A DNA stretch of 64,000 bases from a bacterium. Its GTDB lineage: Bacteria; Patescibacteriota; Minisyncoccia; Phycocordibacterales; JAKAEA01. Of the stretch, positions 58,123-64,000 are shown one piece after another (position 1 is the first letter of the stretch; the number at the start of each line of letters is the position of its first letter). The notes below the pieces were generated by a model, which was not told the origin of the DNA, ran no database searches, and saw only the letters and a program-made list of their open reading frames with translations. The position numbers and the translations under genes are program-made. The stretch lies in contig JAKAEA010000001.1 of NCBI GenBank assembly GCA_021818465.1, positions 454,045 through 518,044 on the forward strand, written 5' to 3'.

Positions 58123-59185
58123 CGTCGTTTTTAATAAGCACATCAGCAAAACGTGGCAAATCTTCCAAAACAACACCGGTGCCACGAGCAACGGCGGTCA
58201 ATGGATCATCGGCAACAATTACAGGAATTTTAAGGTGCTCATGAAGCAAATCAGCTAGACCTCCGAACAGTGCGCCGCCACCGGCGAGGTGCACACCGCG
58301 ATGCATAACATCAGCAATAATTTCCGGCGGTGTAGTTTCTAAAGCTTCCTTAGCCGCTTCAACGAGTGTTGCGACTGATTGACGCGTGGCTTCGCGAATA
58401 TCCGCATCAGTTACTACCACCTCGCGCGGCAAACCAGTTACCAAATCACGACCACGAATCACGGCTTCCGGCGACGGAGCCGACTCAGCGGTGTGAGCAA
58501 CTGATTCTAGTTCGGTCACCGAGCCAATAGCTACTTTAATATATTCCGCAGTCTTTTCGCCGACAAGAATTTTAAATTCATTACGAATGTAATTGATAAT
58601 GTCGTTATTGAGACGATCACCAGCAATTTTAAGATTTTTTGAAACCACAATACCACCAAGCGATATAATAGCGATATCAGTAGTACCGCCACCAATGTCT
58701 ATAATCATATTACCGACTGGTTCTAAAACCGGTAAACGAATACCGATAGCCGCGGCCATTGGTTCTTCTATTATATGCACGTCGCGAGCGCCGGCGGATA
58801 TTGTAGCATCACGAACCGCGCGCGTTTCTACGTTCGTGATACCTGCTGGCACACCAACAACCACACGCGGTCCAAAAAATTTCTTTGTATCATGTTGCGC
58901 TCGATTCAAAAGGTAACGCATCATTTCCTCAGTGACTTCAAAATCAGAAATAACACCGTCAACAATTGGCTTGACGGCAGTAATGTGTTGCGGTGTCCGA
59001 CCAAGCATATTTTTTGCTTGTGTGCCCACAGCCACTACCGTACCTGTTTTTTGATTAACAGCTACCACCGATGGTTCATTCACAACAATACCTTTTCCAC
59101 GCACATATACTAGAGTGTTAGCTGTTCCCAGATCGATACCAATATCGTTGGAAAGCATAGAGCGAATGTTACGACGAAGAGGCAT
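58097..59185 (-). CDS. mreB: Rod shape-determining protein MreB
   Basis: MPLRRNIRSMLSNDIGIDLGTANTLVYV... Actin-like ATPase. Confidence 0.9.
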   Translation of the reverse strand: MPLRRNIRSMLSNDIGIDLGTANTLVYVRGKGIVVNEPSVVAVNQKTGTVVAVGTQAKNMLGRTPQHITAVKPIVDGVISDFEVTEEMMRYLLNRAQHDTKKFFGPRVVVGVPAGITNVETRAVRDATISAGARDVHIIEEPMAAAIGIRLPVLEPVGNMIIDIGGGTTDIAIISLGGIVVSKNLKIAGDRLNNDIINYIRNEFKILVGEKTAEYIKVAIGSVTELESVAHTAESAPSPEAVIRGRDLVTGLPREVVVTDADIREATRQSVATLVEAAKEALETTPPEIIADVMHRGVHLAGGGALFGGLADLLHEHLKIPVIVADDPLTAVARGTGVVLEDLPRFADVLIKNDDALPSAKL

Positions 59186-59240
59186 AATGGTGTGGGTTTA
59201 GTGGCTCAACTGTAAGGCAAAATACTACACTCGTCAACTA

Positions 59241-59266
59241 AAAAATTCCCTGTAGGGAATTTTTTA
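59241..59266. terminator. Bidirectional intrinsic terminator AAAAATTCCC-TGTA-GGGAATTTTT
   Basis: Perfect 10-bp palindromic stem with A/T runs on both sides. Lies between the small basic ORF and mreB. Confidence 0.6.
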
Positions 59267-59315
59267 GAAAAAGTCAATATGGTTCGTCGTACTTCCACAA
59301 TGACCTTATATTCGT

Positions 59316-59411
59316 CTATCGGCGACTGGTACGGCGGCGGGTTGTCGTCTTCTTACTTTTCTTGGAGGCGCTTTTCTTTGAATGTTTCTTTGCGCGTTTC
59401 TTAGTTGCCAT
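59316..59411 (-). CDS. Hypothetical 31-aa polybasic protein MATKKRAKKHSKKSASKKSKKTTTRRRTSRR
   Basis: ATG to TAG ORF downstream of proS and followed 50 nt later by a strong terminator. 18 of 31 residues are K/R, with no acidic or hydrophobic residues. No clear SD. Confidence 0.3.
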   Translation of the reverse strand: MATKKRAKKHSKKSASKKSKKTTTRRRTSRR

Positions 59412-59510
59412 ATATTCCAACGAGATTAAAGATTAAAGACTCTCGGAGGGACGAGCTCCTGTGGCCTGTATGTATTGTAAAAAAATACACTGCCTTCTGT
59501 AAAGAAAAAA

Positions 59511-60767
59511 TTAGAATAAAGTGTGGATTTCTTTTTCGTCAATCATTTTTTTCTCGCCGCCGCTACGTGTACTGACTTCAATTTTTTTCTGAGCCAATGT
59601 TTTTGCACTCACAACGATACGAAGTGGAATACCAATGAGATCAGCGTCAGCAAATTTTTCTCCTGCTTGTACATCACGATCGTCATAGAGCACAGCAATG
59701 TCACGCTGACGCAAATTTTCATAGAGGGTATCAGTCGCTTCACGCACCATCACCGCATCCGTACCTTTTCCCGTAAGAGCCACAAGATGAGCAGCAAAGG
59801 GCGCGACTGATTTCGGCCAGACAATACCTCGCTCATCCGAAAGTGTTTCCACAATAGTACCTAGCACTCGCCCCGGTCCGATACCATAACTACCCATCAC
59901 TACCGGCTGGGCTACGCCACGTTCATCAAGATACTGCAAACCGAACACGTCCGAAAATTTTGTACCTAGGTTAAAAATATTACCAACTTCTACAGCCGTT
60001 TCTGTACGCAAATCTCGTGAACCACACTGTGGGCAGGTATGCATACACTCATCAATAATTTCATCATTCACGGCACTATGACATGTATCGCATACATATA
60101 TAGTATCCTCACCCGCAGCACATAGTGTTTGAAATTCGTGTGAATATTTTGAAAAAGTGCCACCGGAAGCGTAGGTTATATATGTTCGTTCACCCAAACC
60201 GACACGATTAAAAACACGTGTGTATGCCTGCTTGGCTCGCTCGTAAAATTTTTCGTGTTCGGCATTGTCGCGCGAAAATGAATATAAATCTTTCATGACA
60301 AACTCACGACCACGCATAATACCACTCTTAGCTCGTGTCTCATTGCGAAACTTTGTTTGAAATTGATATACCGCGCGTGGCAAGTCGCGGTAGGAGTGTA
60401 TGTATTCCACCATCAACGACGTGAGCGGCTCTTCGTGCGTAAATCCCAAACCGAGTTCTGTGCCACTTTTAAGCATTGTTTTAAACCACACATCCACCAC
60501 ATCATCTGACCAGCGACCCGACTTCTGCCACACAGCTTTGTCTTGAAGCGCCGAGAGAGCCACTTCTTGCCCGCCAATAGCATTCATTTCTTCACGAATA
60601 ATACTGATGATTTTTTCCATTACTCGTAACCCTAGTGGCAACAACGAATACACACCAGCCATCTCTTTATGAATGTAGCCGGCACGAATCAATAGTTGCG
60701 CATTACGTGCAACCTCGTCGGTCGGAGCTTCGCGGCGTGTCGTGGTAAAAAGTTCAGATTGGCGCAT
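59511..60767 (-). CDS. proS: Proline--tRNA ligase (bacterial-like N-terminus, no INS editing domain, Cys4 zinc-ribbon insertion)
   Basis: Class II motifs and anticodon-binding domain. CDTCH...CPQCGS insertion. Confidence 0.85.
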   Translation of the reverse strand: MRQSELFTTTRREAPTDEVARNAQLLIRAGYIHKEMAGVYSLLPLGLRVMEKIISIIREEMNAIGGQEVALSALQDKAVWQKSGRWSDDVVDVWFKTMLKSGTELGLGFTHEEPLTSLMVEYIHSYRDLPRAVYQFQTKFRNETRAKSGIMRGREFVMKDLYSFSRDNAEHEKFYERAKQAYTRVFNRVGLGERTYITYASGGTFSKYSHEFQTLCAAGEDTIYVCDTCHSAVNDEIIDECMHTCPQCGSRDLRTETAVEVGNIFNLGTKFSDVFGLQYLDERGVAQPVVMGSYGIGPGRVLGTIVETLSDERGIVWPKSVAPFAAHLVALTGKGTDAVMVREATDTLYENLRQRDIAVLYDDRDVQAGEKFADADLIGIPLRIVVSAKTLAQKKIEVSTRSGGEKKMIDEKEIHTLF

Positions 60768-60801
60768 AGATTATAGTGTAGCAAACGTGAATATTTTTTT
60801 A

Positions 60802-61908
60802 TTACACCAGCTTCAGAATATCGTGGTACGTTACAAATAACATAAGTAAAATAAGTATCGCAAAACCAACCGTGTTCACCGTGTTTGCTACCGCTGGACG
60901 AATTGGTGAACCTTTTATTTTTTCAATAATAACAAACAGGATGCGACCGCCATCAAGAGCAGGAAATGGAATAAGATTAATGAGTGCTAAATTAATAGAA
61001 ATAAGAGCTGTAAAAGAGATAACATACACCGCACCGAGAGCGGTAGCTTGGCCGACGAGACCAGCAATACCTACTGGCCCAGCAACGTCAGAAAGATTGG
61101 CATGGCCCACAAAAATTTGACCGAAAAATTGACTTAACCCTACAGCAGTTTCCGTGATAAGCGACCACGTGAGCGTTGCTCCATGCCCTAATGCCGCGAA
61201 GAAACCGAGCCGCAACAAACCAATACGCTCCAATGACACTCCGATAGCGGCACGATTAATACTTTTATCAAACACTGGTTGCAGTGTGACATTGCCCAGT
61301 GTTTGTCCGCGACGATACGACACCGTGATAGATTCGCCAGGATGATCGGCGGTAAATTTTTGAATGTCGCTAATAGTTATACCACTTTGTGTTGCGCCGG
61401 CTGAAATTCCAACAATCTGATCCCCTGTCTGCAAACCAGCTTTCGCTGCCGGCGATCCAGCATCAACTGAAACAATAGTTGTTTGAATATTTGAAAGATG
61501 AGCAGACGGATCATAGTCGGTCGGCACCGGTAAACCAACCATAAAACCAGTCGCCACCAACAACCACGCAAACAATAAATTAAAAACAATTCCCGCTGCG
61601 AGAACAGCGATTTGAATGTACGCTGGTTTGACAACAAAGCTCCGTGCCTGGTCGGGCGTTCCTACCGCACCTTCCTCTCCACTTTCGCCAAAAATTTTAA
61701 CGAAACCGCCAAAGGGCAACGCATTCAACGAGTATGTGGTTTCGCCACCCGGCAAACGCCAGTGCGCCAATCGTGGTGGAAAGCCTAAACCAAATTCATC
61801 CACGCGAATACCAGACCATTTTGCCACTAAAAAATGACCGAGCTCGTGCACCAACACCAAAGCCGCTAAAATAATAATGAAAACAATAATGGTTACAAAA
61901 ATACTCAT
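60802..61908 (-). CDS. rseP: Site-2 protease RseP (M50) with a PDZ domain
   Basis: HELGHFLVAKW (HExxH) in TM1, PDZ domain, C-terminal LDGG. Confidence 0.85.
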   Translation of the reverse strand: MSIFVTIIVFIIILAALVLVHELGHFLVAKWSGIRVDEFGLGFPPRLAHWRLPGGETTYSLNALPFGGFVKIFGESGEEGAVGTPDQARSFVVKPAYIQIAVLAAGIVFNLLFAWLLVATGFMVGLPVPTDYDPSAHLSNIQTTIVSVDAGSPAAKAGLQTGDQIVGISAGATQSGITISDIQKFTADHPGESITVSYRRGQTLGNVTLQPVFDKSINRAAIGVSLERIGLLRLGFFAALGHGATLTWSLITETAVGLSQFFGQIFVGHANLSDVAGPVGIAGLVGQATALGAVYVISFTALISINLALINLIPFPALDGGRILFVIIEKIKGSPIRPAVANTVNTVGFAILILLMLFVTYHDILKLV

Positions 61909-61929
61909 ACGTTCGCAGAAAAAATTTAT

Positions 61930-62481
61930 TTATGTTTGTATGTCTCGTTCTTTCTTTTCAAATTGCGCCTCTATCATTTTACCAGCCTCTTGAATAATTT
62001 TTTCCATTTCATTCTTAAATCGGAATTTATCATCTTCCCCCATTCCTCCTGCTTTTTCGCGATTTTGAATATCTGTCCATGTTTCATCACGTACTTTGCG
62101 TAACGACACACGAGCTTGCTCAAGTCGTTCTTTGGCAATTTTTATAACTTGCTGACGGCGCTCGCTCGTTAATTCAGGAAACGTCACACGCACACCGCGC
62201 TCATCAACCGCCACCCCCACACCCAAGTTAGCCGCGCCAATCGCTTTTTCCACCGCTTTAATTTGTCCACTATCCCACACCGTAACACGTAGCATTCGAG
62301 GGCCCTCTACAGCAATACTTGCCAGTTGCTGTAAGGGTGTTTTTGCTCCATACACATCAGCACTGACACCATCAAGCAACGCCGGAGTCGCACGGCCAGT
62401 ACGCACTTGCGCTAACTCTTTTGTAAGCCACTCTTCAACATCACGCACTTTCTTTTTAAGTCCATTGAAATCGTAGTTCAT
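61930..62481 (-). CDS. frr: Ribosome recycling factor
   Basis: Full-length RRF similarity. Confidence 0.9.
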   Translation of the reverse strand: MNYDFNGLKKKVRDVEEWLTKELAQVRTGRATPALLDGVSADVYGAKTPLQQLASIAVEGPRMLRVTVWDSGQIKAVEKAIGAANLGVGVAVDERGVRVTFPELTSERRQQVIKIAKERLEQARVSLRKVRDETWTDIQNREKAGGMGEDDKFRFKNEMEKIIQEAGKMIEAQFEKKERDIQT

Positions 62482-62491
62482 AGTACGTTCA

Positions 62492-63196
62492 TTATAACAG
62501 AGGCGGGATAGAGAGCGCCAGGTGTTCTAAAATAAGTTTTAACGAAGCAGCGCGATCCATAAGATACCCGCGGGCATGCAGTAATTCTTGCAACGCTACA
62601 TACTTTTGAGAACCAGGTGTTTGGTGAGCATACCGAATAAGACTATCAATAAAAACGAGAGCCTCCTTTTTATCTTTTTTTTCCAAAAGCGGCTCGATAT
62701 GTTTTAAACGTTCAGCTGGCGTTGCTGCCCAAAAAACTTCCGCAGAAACAGAAGCACGCTCTTCAATACCACTAGTCATCTGCACGACGTGCAATCGCGA
62801 AAGCACGGTTGGCAACAAGAGCCAGCGTGACGGTAGTATGAGAAAAAAAAGAGTAGACGCTGTAGGTTCTTCGAGAGTTTTGAGTAAAGCATTTTGGGCT
62901 TCAACAGTAATTGCTGTTGTTTCAATAAGAAAAATTTTATACGGTGAGGCACTCAATGCTTTTGTTGCTTGTGCTTCACCCACACGGCGCGCGTCATCAA
63001 TGGTCAACACCTCGGTATGTATGTGCAAAAAATCAGGATTGTTGTGCACGTCAACACCAAGCTTGTGTGCAATGCGATTTTTGAGCTCGGTACCAACTGA
63101 AATTTTTCCTTCAATAAGATACGCGTGATGCAACCGAGAGCCGGAAAAAATGGTATCTAATTCTTGCAGATATTGGTTCTGATTTTGTATCACCAC
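62492..63196 (-). CDS. holB: DNA polymerase III delta' subunit-like (short; no intact Walker A)
   Basis: HAYLIEG, NALLKTLEEP, and the sensor motif LPTVLSRL. Confidence 0.55.
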   Translation of the reverse strand: MVIQNQNQYLQELDTIFSGSRLHHAYLIEGKISVGTELKNRIAHKLGVDVHNNPDFLHIHTEVLTIDDARRVGEAQATKALSASPYKIFLIETTAITVEAQNALLKTLEEPTASTLFFLILPSRWLLLPTVLSRLHVVQMTSGIEERASVSAEVFWAATPAERLKHIEPLLEKKDKKEALVFIDSLIRYAHQTPGSQKYVALQELLHARGYLMDRAASLKLILEHLALSIPPLL

Positions 63197-63237
63197 ACTA
63201 TAATATACAAAAGTACACCCTCAGACAAAGACCGTCT

Positions 63238-64000
63238 CTATCGTTTGGCAATAATACTCTTTTTATAGACGTCTAGATGTTCAAGCGCTAAACCAGTACC
63301 CTTTGCTACACAAAAAAGCGCTTCATCGGCAAGCACTGCCTTGACGCCAGTGCGTCGAAAAACCAGCTCCGGTAAATGTCGTAATTGCGATGAACCGCCG
63401 GTCATAATAATGCCATTGTCTATAATATCTGATGCCAATTCTGGTGGTGTTTCTTGCAAAACTGTTTTAATAGCCCCTATCATTTCTACTAATTCTTTAT
63501 CTATTGCTTTTACTATCTCATTTGTTTTGATCTCAACAGAACGTGGCAAACCTGTAACAAAATCGCGACCTTTAACCGTCATTGTTAATTCTTCTTCTAT
63601 AGGAATAGCTGAACCGATATGCACTTTCACGTCTTCAGCAGTTTTATCACCAATAGCGAGATTAAAATTTTTCTTAAGATAATCAACGATAGCCGTATCT
63701 ATTTTTGTACCAGCCACTTTAACTGACGTACACGCAACAATACCGCCCAGAGAGATAACGGCCACATCGGTGGTACCACCACCAATATCTACAATCATTT
63801 GGCCCATTGGCTCCTGAATGGGAATACCGGCACCAATAGCTGCAAGAATAGGTTCCTTAACAACGTACGCATTTTTTGCTCCAGCTTTAATTGCCGCTTC
63901 CACGACCGCTCGTCGCTCGGTAGAGGTAATACCCGCAGGTACACTCACTAAAACATCTGGCCGCACAAATCCCCAACGTCCTAAGGTTTTACCAATAAAG
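63238..64000 (-). CDS. Second MreB/Mbl-like actin homolog (5' partial, runs off the window)
   Basis: Paralog of mreB at 58097..59185 (DIGGGTTDVAVISLGGIV...). The frame is open to nt 64000. Confidence 0.8.
   Translation of the reverse strand, partial: FIGKTLGRWGFVRPDVLVSVPAGITSTERRAVVEAAIKAGAKNAYVVKEPILAAIGAGIPIQEPMGQMIVDIGGGTTDVAVISLGGIVACTSVKVAGTKIDTAIVDYLKKNFNLAIGDKTAEDVKVHIGSAIPIEEELTMTVKGRDFVTGLPRSVEIKTNEIVKAIDKELVEMIGAIKTVLQETPPELASDIIDNGIIMTGGSSQLRHLPELVFRRTGVKAVLADEALFCVAKGTGLALEHLDVYKKSIIAKR

Noticed and set aside
1-64000. CRISPR arrays, rRNA genes, transposases or integrases
   Set aside because: No regularly spaced direct repeats, no rRNA-like conserved stretches, and no DDE or tyrosine-recombinase-like ORFs were seen. 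The only mobile-element hint is the GC-rich islet beside tRNA-Glu.

Overview
Dense, small-gene bacterial window (~42-45% GC) whose gene content points to a reduced-genome, Patescibacteria/CPR-like Gram-positive-type organism. That assignment is an inference from gene content only (class I LysRS, archaeal-type AspRS, editing-less ProRS, a type IV pilus operon with several minor pilins, and apparently leaderless promoters).

Layout along the window:
- dnaJ 3' end, tRNA-Glu and a GC-rich islet.
- A LexA-boxed lexA operon.
- A type IV pilus operon on the minus strand: pilin, four pseudopilins (one a 468-aa LVIVD-repeat fusion), pilC, pilB.
- Housekeeping genes: rmuC, rplU, recR, dnaB, cysS, ctpA, rplI, rpmA, a DHH phosphoesterase.
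- A consensus-promoter-driven Rpf/transglycosylase-like secreted protein gene that has no usable in-frame start.
- An ECF sigma / anti-sigma / two membrane-fusion proteins / DHA2-MFS efflux module.
- A mannose-centred accessory region: two paralogous fused double-GH130 mannoside-phosphorylase-like proteins, a standalone PMI cupin, an acyltransferase, GT9, three DedA paralogs, an FAD-linked oxidase, and GT2, with a eukaryotic-type phosphomannomutase 7 kb upstream.
- A dispersed division / cell-wall cluster (mraZ-rsmH-ftsL-ftsI-murF ... dacA-mraY-ftsW-murG) interleaved with aaRS genes, then a rod-shape cluster (mreBCD-PBP2), proS, rseP, frr, holB and a second mreB.

The most interesting signals are the beta-mannoside phosphorolysis/glycoconjugate locus, the LVIVD-propeller pilin, the start-less Rpf-like gene, a structured 330-nt candidate ncRNA upstream of rplU, and a 31-aa polybasic ORF with its own terminator.
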